From: Nitrosopumilales archaeon
GTDB lineage: Archaea; Thermoproteota; Nitrososphaeria; Nitrososphaerales; Nitrososphaeraceae
Direction: 5' to 3'
Length of the DNA stretch: 64,000 bases
NCBI GenBank assembly: GCA_044507735.1
Contig: JBIQJB010000003.1
Coordinates: 57,258 to 121,257, forward strand
The notes below the pieces were generated by a model. The model did no database searches, was not told the origin of the DNA, and was given only the letters and a program-made list of their open reading frames with translations. The stretch's first letter is position 1, and the number at the start of each line of letters is the position of its first letter. Shown one piece after another: positions 38,532 to 48,776 of the stretch. The translations under genes and the position numbers were made by a program.

Positions 38532-39947
38532 CTAGCGGTACTTGTAGTGCTTTTCGAAAATGTCCTGCGTTTCGCGGTAGCGAGACTTTTCTACTTCCAG
38601 GATCTGCTCCATTGCTTCGTCCGTCCGCAGCATCAACTGTTTGCCCTGCCACTTGTTATCGATGAGGTAGTTGACCCATGCCCTGATAGTTGGACCCATC
38701 TTTCTGGACAGTGGTTCCAAGAAGCCGGACACGATCTCGCGTTTGGCGCCTTCTCTGCTCAGTCCGCGTGTGCAGAGGTAATAGATCTGGTTCTCATCAA
38801 TCTGGGCGACTGATGCCGAGTGTGTCGCCTTTACTTCGTTGGTTTCAATTTCAAGTCCAGGTATAGAGTCAGACTTTGCTCCCCGGTCAAGCAGTATCGC
38901 ATGACCAGCCAGATACGACTCGGTGCCCTTGCCGTCCTTACCGATCTTGATCATGCCCTTGAACAGAGACTTTGATGTGTCCTTGAGGACTGATTTGACG
39001 AGCACCCTGCCTCTTGAATGCTTCCCGTTGTGGATGAGGTTTGAAGTCACGTCAAAGGACTGGTTACTGTCACCGAAGATGATCTCCACGTCTTCTGCGG
39101 ATGCGCCCGCATCTTTCATGGTGCTATCAGTCTTGTAGCGGGACAAAAGCGAGCCAAACATGCCGAGATACCACGACATCTTGGCGTCCCTTTCAACAAA
39201 CGCCTTCCTGTTTGAAACGTTGACGGTGTCTGGGCTCATCGCCTGCAGCGTGACCAACTCCAGGTGGGCGTTTGGCTTGACGCTTGTTTCGATCAGCTCA
39301 AAGTATCCTTGTTGGACCTCCTGCCTGCCGGACGAGCCGGGAGCGTAGACCTCTTGTACCACAGTTGCTTTGGAGCCCGTGTCGGCGACAACAATGTTTC
39401 GAGATATCAGTGAAGTACCGTCGTCAGCGAGAGAGGTGATTATCCTAATCTGCTCTTCCAGCACGGTGTTCCTCGGGATGTAGATGAAAATGCCTGACTG
39501 GAAGGCCGATGCCTCAAGCGCCAAGTACTTGTCTTCGCCATAGCTGAGCGGGTTTGCGTCCATGTGCGATTTTACCAAGTCGCCGTGCTTGACAAGCGCC
39601 TCTTTCAATCCTGAAACAATGACGCCCTGTTTGGCGACGCTGTCCTCGACAAAAATTCGGTTTATTTCTTGGCCGACCTGCAGCACCCCTGTTTCGTTTT
39701 CAAGTTCTTTGAGCCTGTCAGCAAGGTCTTTGCTGAGCGCGGCCTGCCTTGATTGCGAAAAGTGCACGTTCTGCGACTTGATCTTGTTGACGTCCGAATA
39801 CTTTGAATACAGTGGAGAAACTTCTGCTGGCAGTGTCTGGTAGTGCGAAAACGCTTGTTTGCGCATCTCGACAAGCCAGCTGGGCCCTCCGTTGGCTAGT
39901 GAATCGATGTACGTCCTGTCAATTGAGGATAGTGAAGTAGTAGCCAT
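38532..39947 (-). CDS. sufD: Fe-S assembly protein SufD
   Basis: PGLEIE..EVKATHSA and YLCTRG motifs. Confidence 0.92.
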   Translation of the reverse strand: MATTSLSSIDRTYIDSLANGGPSWLVEMRKQAFSHYQTLPAEVSPLYSKYSDVNKIKSQNVHFSQSRQAALSKDLADRLKELENETGVLQVGQEINRIFVEDSVAKQGVIVSGLKEALVKHGDLVKSHMDANPLSYGEDKYLALEASAFQSGIFIYIPRNTVLEEQIRIITSLADDGTSLISRNIVVADTGSKATVVQEVYAPGSSGRQEVQQGYFELIETSVKPNAHLELVTLQAMSPDTVNVSNRKAFVERDAKMSWYLGMFGSLLSRYKTDSTMKDAGASAEDVEIIFGDSNQSFDVTSNLIHNGKHSRGRVLVKSVLKDTSKSLFKGMIKIGKDGKGTESYLAGHAILLDRGAKSDSIPGLEIETNEVKATHSASVAQIDENQIYYLCTRGLSREGAKREIVSGFLEPLSRKMGPTIRAWVNYLIDNKWQGKQLMLRTDEAMEQILEVEKSRYRETQDIFEKHYKYR

Positions 39948-39972
39948 TTTACTGGATCACCGCGGCCGGGTT

Positions 39973-41376
39973 TTATCCGACAGAGCCTTCCATTTCGAGC
40001 TTGATCAGTCGGGTAAGCTCTACGGCATACTCCATTGGCAGCTCTTTTGTGAATGGGTCCATGAACCCGCCCACGATGAGCGACAATGCGTCAGACTCGG
40101 AATATCCTCTGCTCATAAGATAGAATATCTGGTCCTCGCCAATCTTGCCGACGGTCGCTTCGTGTGTGATCGTGGCATCGTCCTCGTTGACTTCGATGTA
40201 TGGGTACGTGTCCGTTCTGGAGCGCTCGTCGAGGAGCAATGCATCACATCTGACATTTGACTTGACGCCGGTCGCACCCTTGGCTACGTGCAAGAGGCCC
40301 CTGTAGGTGGTCCTTCCAGAGTCCTTGCTGACAGACTTGCTGGTGATCCTTGAAGTGGTGTTTGGAGCGAGATGGACTGCCTTTGCTCCAGCGTCCTGGT
40401 GCATGCCGGCGCCTGCAAAAGCCACCGACACAACTTCGGCATGTGCTCCCTTGCCGAGCATATAGACGCCCGGATATTTCATGGTCAGCTTGCTACCAAT
40501 GTTGCCATCGATCCACTCGACTTTGGCGTTTTCGTAAGCATACGCCCTCTTGGTCACAAGATTGTAGACGTCCTTGCTCCAGTTCTGGATGGTCGTGTAC
40601 CTGATCTTGGCACCCTTCTTTGCAATCAGCTCGACTACAGCAGAGTGCAATGATTCAGTGGTATATACTGGCGCGGTGCAGCCTTCGATATAGTGCACCT
40701 CCGCTCCTTCGTCTGCAATGATAAGCGTCCTTTCAAACTGGCCAATGTTTTCTGCGTTTATCCTGAAGTAGGCCTGCAGCGGCAGCTCGACCTTGACGTT
40801 TGGCGGCACGTAAATGAACGATCCGCCTGACCATACTGCGCTGTTGAGTGCTGCAAACTTGTTGTCCTCTGGCGGGATGACCTTGCCAAAGTGCTTCTTG
40901 ACGATCTCTGGATATTCCTTGACCGCAGTATCGGTGTCGACAAAAATTACGCCCTGCTTTTGCAGGTCTTCTCTCAAATTGTGGTAAACGACTTCAGATT
41001 CGTACTGTGCACCCACGCCTGCAAGGAACTTGCGCTCTGCTTCAGGGATGCCGAGCTTTTCAAAGGTGTTCCTTACTGACTCAGGAACATCATCCCAGCT
41101 TTTGCTGCTTTTTTCCGCAGCCTTGGCATAATAGTAGATATTTTGAAAATCAATCTTGCTTAGGTCGCCTCCCCAATTCGGCATTGGCTTGCTCATAAAG
41201 ACCTCATACGACCTGAGCCTGAAATCCCTCATCCAGTCTGGCTCGCCTTTCAGTCGACTGATCTCCTCAATTGTGCCTCTAGAGAGCCCCTTCTTGCTGA
41301 GGTATACGTATAGCTCTGTAGAATCCTTAAAGTCATATTTGCTATAATCCATGTTCAGGTCTTCATTTGCGGTCAT
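39973..41376 (-). CDS. sufB: Fe-S assembly protein SufB
   Basis: [16 protein letters not shown] and HEATVG motifs. Confidence 0.96.
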   Translation of the reverse strand: MTANEDLNMDYSKYDFKDSTELYVYLSKKGLSRGTIEEISRLKGEPDWMRDFRLRSYEVFMSKPMPNWGGDLSKIDFQNIYYYAKAAEKSSKSWDDVPESVRNTFEKLGIPEAERKFLAGVGAQYESEVVYHNLREDLQKQGVIFVDTDTAVKEYPEIVKKHFGKVIPPEDNKFAALNSAVWSGGSFIYVPPNVKVELPLQAYFRINAENIGQFERTLIIADEGAEVHYIEGCTAPVYTTESLHSAVVELIAKKGAKIRYTTIQNWSKDVYNLVTKRAYAYENAKVEWIDGNIGSKLTMKYPGVYMLGKGAHAEVVSVAFAGAGMHQDAGAKAVHLAPNTTSRITSKSVSKDSGRTTYRGLLHVAKGATGVKSNVRCDALLLDERSRTDTYPYIEVNEDDATITHEATVGKIGEDQIFYLMSRGYSESDALSLIVGGFMDPFTKELPMEYAVELTRLIKLEMEGSVG

Positions 41377-41467
41377 GTGCAGCTCATATAACGCTGTTAT
41401 GTTTTATATATATTTTGCAGTATAGAGGTACAACTCAATGAATTTGTACAAGCTAATGCCGGAAATC

Positions 41468-41836
41468 TCAGCCGGGTTTGCGCGCGTTCTTCATTTCCAG
41501 CGCGCCCTTCCTCACCATCGCCTGCGCGTCTGAGGACAGATCGTCCATCTTTATCTCGCCCGTGCGAAGCTTTTCAATTGCATCCTTCACGGAAAGGTTG
41601 CTTCTGCCCACGATCTGAAGGTCAAGCACGCTCTGGCCAGCTTTTTCTCCGAGAACCCACAACAACTCTTCTACCCTACCCCTATTGGCCGCGAGGCGCT
41701 CTGCATACTCTTTGAACGCCTTTTCGTTGTTCTCGCGGATGGCCTTTGCAAGTATCTTGGCAATGGAACTTGACTGCCCCTCCAGCAGGTCTATCCTGAG
41801 CCGAATATCCTTCTCGGTGCGCAAACTGCTTCTCAT
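41468..41836 (-). CDS. Hypothetical helical protein
   Basis: 122-aa ORF packed co-directionally between NUDIX and sufB. Confidence 0.65.
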   Translation of the reverse strand: MRSSLRTEKDIRLRIDLLEGQSSSIAKILAKAIRENNEKAFKEYAERLAANRGRVEELLWVLGEKAGQSVLDLQIVGRSNLSVKDAIEKLRTGEIKMDDLSSDAQAMVRKGALEMKNARKPG

Positions 41837-41851
41837 TGGATGGCAGGGATT

Positions 41852-42298
41852 TTAATCATTTCTTCTCTTGGTCGACCAAAAGGTTCCTCCTGATGCCTTC
41901 CACTTTTTGTAGTCGCGGAGTATTGTCAGATGGTCAAAAGCGATCTGCTGTTTTTCAATGTCCGCTAGATCTACCCATTCGACACTTTCAGCATCATCTC
42001 CCGCCTTGTCCGAACCACCGAGGATTATCCCGACAAATACTACAGTAAGGATGTGCTTGCGAGGGTCGCGCTTTGGATCGGAATATACGCCCAGGATTTC
42101 TATCGGCTCAACTTCAAGTGAAGTCTCCTCCATGGCCTCACGCTTCACAGCCGCTTCTGCAGTTTCACCCTCATTGACAAATCCACCGGGAAGCGCAAGC
42201 TGGCCCATGAAAGGGTCCTTCTTTCGCCTTATCATCAAGACTTTGGATTGACGCTGCAAAATGATGTCGACTGTGGGCGTGGGATTGCGATATTGCAT
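41852..42298 (-). CDS. NUDIX hydrolase (ADP-ribose pyrophosphatase-like)
   Basis: PGGFVNEGE...AVKREAMEET, RDPR and AFDH motifs. Confidence 0.92.
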   Translation of the reverse strand: MQYRNPTPTVDIILQRQSKVLMIRRKKDPFMGQLALPGGFVNEGETAEAAVKREAMEETSLEVEPIEILGVYSDPKRDPRKHILTVVFVGIILGGSDKAGDDAESVEWVDLADIEKQQIAFDHLTILRDYKKWKASGGTFWSTKRRND

Positions 42299-42468
42299 GT
42301 CCTGAAGGTTATCCAGCATGCTAATAATGGTTGCACGGTTTGCAAAAATTACAATATTGGTACTGTCTATACCTGAATCTCTTCTATTTACTCTTGGATA
42401 GAACAATAATCATCGCACACGCTGGCATTTCACTAAATTCTTATTAACACCGGCGGCCAATAGACAGT

Positions 42469-42597
42469 ATGTCAACTCTTTCTGCAGAAGAGGCTCCTGC
42501 TCCGCTGTCGATCTGCCCAAGATGCGGAAGACAGGTAAGGATTGATGGCCACTGCGAATGCGAAATGATATTTTTCGCTGACCGAAGGCTGAAGTAG
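42469..42597 (+). CDS. Small CPxCG zinc-finger protein (42 aa; not in ORF track)
   Basis: MSTLSAEEAPAPLSICPRCGRQVRIDGHCECEMIFFADRRLK; TTATTAA at 42441-42447, leaderless spacing. Confidence 0.55.
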   Translation: MSTLSAEEAPAPLSICPRCGRQVRIDGHCECEMIFFADRRLK

Positions 42598-42628
42598 ATC
42601 CAGATGCACAACCTGTATGGACACGTTG

Positions 42629-43579
42629 CTAGCTTACATCAATGAAATTGTACAGACTTGTCTGACCTGTCTGCGACCTGTCTATGCGTCGAGATCCCAT
42701 ATGGTCAGGGAATTCGGTAGACATTCCGTAGATTCTCACCAAGCTTTCAAGCCTGCTGCTTATCTGATCCGCATACCACTGTTTGGCTGAAACATAGAAG
42801 GCATCAAGAGGTTCTTGAAAGCCATAGAACTGCTTGTACTTTTTAACTCCATCTGAAATTTCAAGCAACCGCAGGGCGATCTTTATGCGTTCCCAGATAT
42901 CGGCTCGAAGCCGGAGCATCGCTCCAAAGACGTGGTGCAGTCCCGCCTCGCTGCATGCCTTGACGATCGCTTCCAGCTCTTCATTGGTGTCAGTGACAAG
43001 CGGTATTATCGGGTCAATATTGACGCCGCAGGTCACGCCAGCATCTGCAAATTTCTTTATGGTCTCAAACATCTTGCTTGCAGGTGGCGTGCCAGGTTCA
43101 ATCACCCTTCTCTTCTTTTCATCGACTGTTGTTATAGACCAGATGATAAAGCAGTTGTCGCGATACTTTCGGTGCAGCTCAAGGTCTCGCTCGATTATTG
43201 TGGCAGATTTTGTGAACACGCAATATGGCACGTTGTATTTCTGCAAGACTTGCACACACTTGCGGGTAAGGCCATACCGTAGCTCGGCCGGCTGGTATGC
43301 GTCCGTCGCCGAAGCCACCATTACTGTGTCAATTGTATCAGAATTCCACGATGCCAGCTGCCTGTCAAGCACCTCATCTGCATTGCTCTTGGCGTAAATT
43401 CTGTCGAAAAATTCAGGGGACCATTCGTATGTGGCATAGCAATAGGCGCAGCGGTGGCTGCAGCCCTGATACGGGTTTATCGCAAGGCCGCTGTAGCCTT
43501 TGACAGAGAATGGATGAAGTATTGACTTGCTCTTCTTTTCTTCATGAACAGCCGCTCCGCTGTACCAGAGACCAGACAT
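42629..43579 (-). CDS. Radical SAM protein (SPL-like/Rv2578c family)
   Basis: NPYQGCSHRCAYCYA, TDAYQP and TKS motifs; start placed at ATG 43579. Confidence 0.9.
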   Translation of the reverse strand: MSGLWYSGAAVHEEKKSKSILHPFSVKGYSGLAINPYQGCSHRCAYCYATYEWSPEFFDRIYAKSNADEVLDRQLASWNSDTIDTVMVASATDAYQPAELRYGLTRKCVQVLQKYNVPYCVFTKSATIIERDLELHRKYRDNCFIIWSITTVDEKKRRVIEPGTPPASKMFETIKKFADAGVTCGVNIDPIIPLVTDTNEELEAIVKACSEAGLHHVFGAMLRLRADIWERIKIALRLLEISDGVKKYKQFYGFQEPLDAFYVSAKQWYADQISSRLESLVRIYGMSTEFPDHMGSRRIDRSQTGQTSLYNFIDVS

Positions 43580-43695
43580 GTTGGTGCACACCATTTCCTG
43601 TATACAATGTAATAAATCAAGGAGCACCTCCAAGGGAGGGAGGGTCTTTGAGCAGCATAGTTTTTTATGCTCGCTGTTGCTGAGGGCATCCATAT

Positions 43696-44607
43696 ATGAG
43701 AGTTGGTGTCGCAGGACTTGGGCTCATGGGTTCGGGCATTGCTACAAGATTGATCAGCACTGGCCACAAAGTATCTGTGTACAACCGGACAGCCTCAAAG
43801 GCGAGCAGGTTTTCAGGGAGCGCCACAGTGGCATCTAGCCCAAAAGAGCTTAGTGACAGCTGTGATCTTGTTATTACAGTTGTTACTGACTTTGCAGCAG
43901 TCAAGGAAATATTGTTGGGCAAGGGTAACAGCGGCATCATTGAAACCTCCAATCGCAGCGTAATTGTCGCTGACGCAAGCACGATATCCCCCGCCCAATC
44001 AGCCTATTGTGCGGCCGAATTGCGCAAAGCAGGGATTGAGATGCTTGGCATGCCAGTGATGGGAGGACCGGCTGCTGCCGAGACTGGCGACTTGGTGCCG
44101 ATGGTGGCAGGCAACAGGCAGGCGTTTGAAAAGTCAAGGCAGGTCATCGAAAAGCTCGGCAAGACCTTCTACATCGGAGACAGAGACGGGTCTGCAAACG
44201 CGATCAAACTTGCCATGAACCTGAACATTGCACTTGTCGCAAGCGCAGTGTCCGAAGGCATAATGCTCGCCAAAGGAGCAGGGATTGATCCATCGATATT
44301 TGTAGAGATTTTGAATTCAACTTACTTCAAGACAGGCCTGTCTGAAAAGAAAGGCCCCAAAATGGTCAAGAGCGATTTTGCGCCGTCGTTCTACCTAAGG
44401 AACATGCTAAAGGACTTGGAGCTTGCAACTGACACTGCGAGGTCATCTGGCATCACGCTGCCGCAGACTTCGCTAGCAGAACAGATATTTCGCGCTGCTA
44501 AGAATAGCGGCTTTTCTGAACAGGACTATACATCTATCTGTGGATTCTTGGCAAAGATAAACGGGATGGAAGGAATAGGAAATGATCAGGATAAACAAGC
44601 TGAATGA
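43696..44607 (+). CDS. NAD(P)-dependent beta-hydroxyacid dehydrogenase (3-hydroxyisobutyrate/tartronate semialdehyde family)
   Basis: GLGLMG, YNRT, PVMGG, KLAMN and KDL motifs. Confidence 0.9.
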   Translation: MRVGVAGLGLMGSGIATRLISTGHKVSVYNRTASKASRFSGSATVASSPKELSDSCDLVITVVTDFAAVKEILLGKGNSGIIETSNRSVIVADASTISPAQSAYCAAELRKAGIEMLGMPVMGGPAAAETGDLVPMVAGNRQAFEKSRQVIEKLGKTFYIGDRDGSANAIKLAMNLNIALVASAVSEGIMLAKGAGIDPSIFVEILNSTYFKTGLSEKKGPKMVKSDFAPSFYLRNMLKDLELATDTARSSGITLPQTSLAEQIFRAAKNSGFSEQDYTSICGFLAKINGMEGIGNDQDKQAE

Positions 44608-45307
44608 TGTCAAGGCTTCTGAATTTACTTTGCTTGCGTCGCTTCCCGACATGGGCAGAGTCGGCGGGCTAGTTTCCTCGTTCCTGTCGCATCATCTAAA
44701 AGCAGAACCCGTGGCAGAAATAGTTTCAAGTGATAAGCCGTGGGTCAGTTACGCCGACGGTGTCGTAAGGAGTGCAACTGACACTTACAAAATAGGCTAC
44801 GATAAGAGACACAAGTTGATGATATTCACTGGTGAGACGCAGCCCCAGGACCCTGGCTCGCTTCACAAGTTGTGCAATGTGCTGCTTGATTATGTTCAGT
44901 CGGTAGGAAAAGTTACAAGGCTTTATGGTGCTGGAGGGTACCTGCGCGAGCAGGTGACAGGCGCGCCAAGGGCATGTGGTGTTGTCAACAGGCCGGGGCT
45001 CAAGAAAGTGCTTGCAAAAGCTGGGATCGAGCTTGTGGGAAACGAGATAACGACCATAACATGGTTCAACGGCCTCATCCTTGGGCTAGCAGCAGAACGG
45101 AGAATTGATGCCATAGGGTTGTTTGGAGAGATAGCCGAGACAAACATGCCGCAGCCCCTGGCCGCAAAAACGATCATTTCTGCGTTTTCAAGACTGGAAA
45201 ATATACCGATAGACACCAAGCCTCTCGACAGGCAGTATGAGTCAATTCTTGAAGAGATCCAGAGCAGGAAAAATGGTCCATCAAAGTTCGGTCCCGGAAT
45301 AGGCTAG
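44582..45307 (+). CDS. PAC2 family proteasome assembly chaperone
   Basis: LPDMGRVG, GETQP, GGY and NGLILG motifs. Confidence 0.85.
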   Translation: MIRINKLNDVKASEFTLLASLPDMGRVGGLVSSFLSHHLKAEPVAEIVSSDKPWVSYADGVVRSATDTYKIGYDKRHKLMIFTGETQPQDPGSLHKLCNVLLDYVQSVGKVTRLYGAGGYLREQVTGAPRACGVVNRPGLKKVLAKAGIELVGNEITTITWFNGLILGLAAERRIDAIGLFGEIAETNMPQPLAAKTIISAFSRLENIPIDTKPLDRQYESILEEIQSRKNGPSKFGPGIG

Positions 45308-45311
45308 CAGG

Positions 45312-45490
45312 TCCCTGCAGACATCCTCCAAGCCCCGGGAGAGCTTCTGGGGTTTCCTGCCTATCACTACCAGGATCACGCAAGACCGCTGGACTGTGCC
45401 TGCTGTACGCTCTAGTTGCAGACACAGAGAAGAAAACCCCTGCTTGTCCCACAGCAACTGAAGGAGACAAGCGAGGCTCAGTCTGGGGGA
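45312..45490 (-). ncRNA. Candidate structured non-coding RNA, family unknown
   Basis: Closing stem plus four helices; each of the four has one non-Watson-Crick pair that is G-U on the minus strand. Confidence 0.55.
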
Positions 45491-45667
45491 GAAAAAAGAT
45501 CAGATCTTGAGATGGAAAGAGTTTGTAACTCCAACGAACGCATACGGGGGGGCAAAATTTTCCGCGCCTACACGCAATCGCAATGCGCTGTTGCCCGCAC
45601 GACAAAAAGGTTGTCATGCAAAGTCAGCATGGTTGGCGCAGCCGGGGATAGCCCATTTGAAGCGCTT

Positions 45668-46015
45668 TCAATGTATCGGCGCACCAACCGGTGCGTCCTC
45701 TGTCGTTGTCAGAAATAGAGGCTTACCCTCCGGCCCGTCAGCAGCTAATAGCATGCCTCTTGAAATAATGTTGCCGATCTTTTTTGGCTCGAGGTTGGTA
45801 CAAACGACCACGATCCGTCCAACAAACTCTTCCGGCTTGTAGTGCAGCGCTCCTCCCACCGCAACCTCCCTCTGCTCATTGCCAAGGTCCACAGTAGCCT
45901 TGAACACCTTCTTCATACCCGGTATTGCCTCAGCGTGGGTCACCTTGCCTACCCGGAGGTGAACTTTTGAAAACTCTTCAAACGTGATCAGATGCTCTGG
46001 AGCCGGCTCGCTCAT
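45668..46015 (-). CDS. tRNA-binding OB-fold protein (Trbp111/CsaA family)
   Basis: ITFEEF..V.LRVG, NLEPKK and SRGMLLA motifs. Confidence 0.92.
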   Translation of the reverse strand: MSEPAPEHLITFEEFSKVHLRVGKVTHAEAIPGMKKVFKATVDLGNEQREVAVGGALHYKPEEFVGRIVVVCTNLEPKKIGNIISRGMLLAADGPEGKPLFLTTTEDAPVGAPIH

Positions 46016-46432
46016 ATAGATACAACTCAGGTGGCAGAGGAGCCATTAAAATTGGTTACGTCGAGAGGCCAAGAGGTTTTCTCTGTACTACAATGGCATG
46101 ATCAAGTTTCAATATGTTGAGTAGTAGCAGATCTTCAATCAAAAGCGTTGGGCGAAAAAGATTCCCATGTACGAACTCAACAACGGTCTTCTTTCAGGTG
46201 CAGAAGCTGAGACGCATCGTTGGAACCGGTATCATAGAAAGAACACAGGACACTGAATCATCTACAATGACATCTAATTCCACGGAAAGCGTGTTGTTGC
46301 GGATGTTTAAACTACATCCAGGCAACGGTTCCGTGTTTCAGTAATGCACATCGGGTGAGCGTTGGATGGCACACTACCGCTCCATACCCCCACTGGAAAA
46401 TAAGTCCAAGAAACGCGTATACGCTCTTTCGA

Positions 46433-47296
46433 CTACTTGATCCTGTCGTACGGCTTCATCGCGTCCGGCAAGCTGTCGATCAGGTCGGTAGCGATCATGT
46501 GGAGGCCAGTGCGTTTGAACGCAATGCTGCCTGCTATGCCGTTGAGATATACAGCTGAGACTGCAGCATCGAAGGGTCTTTTCGTCCTTGCCAGCAGTCC
46601 TGCTGCAAGCCCCGAAAGAACATCACCCGTTCCGCCCACAGTCATTGCAGGAGTTGATCTCTTTATTGCAGCGGTTTGCTCGCCATCTGAAATCACATTC
46701 ATCCAGCCTTTGAGCGCTATTGTTATGCCATGTTCTTTTGCAGTCTTGTGCACGGTTGACACCATCTCTTCCTTTGTGGTTCCAGGATCGCTGCCAAATA
46801 GCCGCCGGTATTCCCCGGCGTGCGGCGTCACGATGCTTCCGGTCCCAGAGATATCCGTCAGCACCTGCGGTATGAGGGCCGATGCATCAAGCAATATCTT
46901 TGTGTCTGCTTCCTTTAGCTTGCCGACGAGCGCGGATATTGCTTCCGGCTTTAGCGTCATCCCCATGCCTATTGCTGCTGCATCAGCGCGTTTTGGCATC
47001 ATCGCAATCAGCCTGTTTGCCGATCCGACTGTCAGTTTGTCGTCGGGTAGCGGAAGAGCTATGAGCGCTGGAGAGAACGATCTGACTGCGGTTACTATTG
47101 ATCTGGGGACTGCGGTATAGACCAGATCGGATCCGGAGCGAAGAGCGGCCATCGACGCGAGCACCGGTGCGCCATGGTAGAAACGGCTTCCGCCTGCTAC
47201 CAGCACCACTCCGCTGTCTCCTTTTCTCGCCTGAAGCGAGCGCGGAGGCATGAACTCCCTTATCATCCTGTCTGTAACTGCGATTGCCGACGGCAA
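46433..47296 (-). CDS. nnrD: ADP/ATP-dependent NAD(P)H-hydrate dehydratase
   Basis: KGDSG..LVAGGS, TPHAGE and GGTGDVLSG motifs. Confidence 0.93.
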   Translation of the reverse strand: MPSAIAVTDRMIREFMPPRSLQARKGDSGVVLVAGGSRFYHGAPVLASMAALRSGSDLVYTAVPRSIVTAVRSFSPALIALPLPDDKLTVGSANRLIAMMPKRADAAAIGMGMTLKPEAISALVGKLKEADTKILLDASALIPQVLTDISGTGSIVTPHAGEYRRLFGSDPGTTKEEMVSTVHKTAKEHGITIALKGWMNVISDGEQTAAIKRSTPAMTVGGTGDVLSGLAAGLLARTKRPFDAAVSAVYLNGIAGSIAFKRTGLHMIATDLIDSLPDAMKPYDRIK

Positions 47297-47503
47297 TTAT
47301 GAAACGTGGTAGGTATGATGTCCATGGGCGGATAAACTTTCCCAATGATTCACGAGAAAGATCGAGCCCAGTCCGGATCGCTTATGTCGTGGCATGACTG
47401 TCAAATTGATTTTATCTCAAGGTGTAATGCAATTCTTTCCTACGACGAGGTCTGAAAACCATTCTAATAGGGCTAAACCAGATGTAAAGTGCGGTATGCG
47501 TGG

Positions 47504-48217
47504 ATGCCATTAGACAAGGTACAGGTCACGACAGCAGCAGCGATTGTTGCAGCTGTGCTTTTGACAACGGTGATGACATCATCAGACAATGCATCCGCGG
47601 ACACAGGCAACGGGATGGTAGTGCCCATGTATGTATAGGACGCAGGGCGGAGCACGTTGGTTGATGCAAAAGAGGCAAATGCGGATACAGAGACTATTGC
47701 AATCACCAACCCATCAAGCAGACAGGTAGTAGCCGGAAATACCCATTGGGCAGATGTAATTAACGATTTGCAGGACGCAGACATAAAGGTCGTCGGCTAT
47801 GTTGCAACAGGCTATGCAGGCAAGAGTGCAGAGCCGGTGAAAGACGAAGCTGATGCGTACAATAACGGGCATGGCGTTGACGGAATCTTTTTCGACGAAG
47901 TCAACCCGTCAGCTGAGGGTTATTATGATCATGTTACTGACGGGTCAGGTCTTTCGATCCTGAACGCCGGTTCACCCGTAGCGAAATCCTACAAGAACCT
48001 TGGCGACATCATTATCGTTAACGAGAATGCAGGTCTACCTCAGAAAGTTGATTCTAGTGGAATAAGCGAAGGCAACTTAGGGGTTCTGTCACACAGTGGG
48101 ATATCAAGCGAAGACGAATTCAGGGCTATAATCGATCAAGTGGACTACGTTTACGACTCGCCTGATTGGATGAGCGTTGCATCCAACGTAGCAGACCAGG
48201 CAGACTGGGCCAATTAG
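47504..48217 (+). pseudogene. Spherulation-specific family 4 (GH135-like) secreted protein with in-frame TAG
   Basis: Signal peptide, VVPMYV*, NPSS, KVVGYV.TGY and VDGIFFDE motifs; TAG at 47636-47638. Confidence 0.7.
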
Positions 48218-48353
48218 CAGAAATAGCAGCAACAGCTATTGCTGTCAGACTGCATTTCTCTTTTCCTGCAGTGTGCAATAAGGAAAATTCAGAAAGGAAT
48301 GTTGTGTTGATGCGATCTTGTTAAATAGATGCCCAGAGCATTTTACTGTAGTA

Positions 48354-48776
48354 ATGACAAGCGGCGGTGGTGGACGGAAGAGACACCAGAACTCGCCGCC
48401 GAGAATCCTGATCGTCGACGACGAAGGAGATATTCTTACAATTCTAAAATCAGGCTTGGAGTCAAAGGGTGGGTTTGTAGTAGACACATTCAACAGTGCA
48501 GAGGCCGCGCTGCGGGCATTTTCAAGCAGCCCTTCGGATCGTTATAGCCTAATCTTGACAGACATCAAGATGCCCAAGATGAGCGGCTTTGAATTTTACC
48601 GCAAGATAAGAGAAAGGAATGGGTCGATACCCATTGCCTTCATTACAGCCTTTGAAATAAATGAAGACGAATTTTCCAAAGTGATACCATCAATTAAAGT
48701 CAAGGATTTCATAAAGAAACCCATAAGGATTCCAAACTTGGTGGAAAAGCTCAACCTGATGCTTGAAGCCCACTAG
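48354..48776 (+). CDS. Stand-alone response regulator receiver protein
   Basis: ILIVDDE, DIKMPKMSG, ITA and KP motifs. Confidence 0.92.
   Translation: MTSGGGGRKRHQNSPPRILIVDDEGDILTILKSGLESKGGFVVDTFNSAEAALRAFSSSPSDRYSLILTDIKMPKMSGFEFYRKIRERNGSIPIAFITAFEINEDEFSKVIPSIKVKDFIKKPIRIPNLVEKLNLMLEAH

Noticed and set aside
45312-45490. SRP RNA, RNase P RNA or tRNA
   Set aside because: No SRP helix-8 CAGG-GNRA-AGCA motif, no RNase P GAGGAAAGUCC or ACAGAA motifs, no T-loop; kept as an unassigned RNA
45174-45842. ORFs 45174-45617, 45416-45718 and 45507-45842
   Set aside because: Overlap real genes or the structured element and show no protein-like motifs
46114-46344. 76-aa ORF between the tRNA-binding gene and nnrD
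   Set aside because: No motif or convincing start signal; cannot be supported
47636-47638. Pyrrolysine read-through of the in-frame TAG
   Set aside because: No pyl genes in the window, not known in this lineage, and the gene shows other signs of decay
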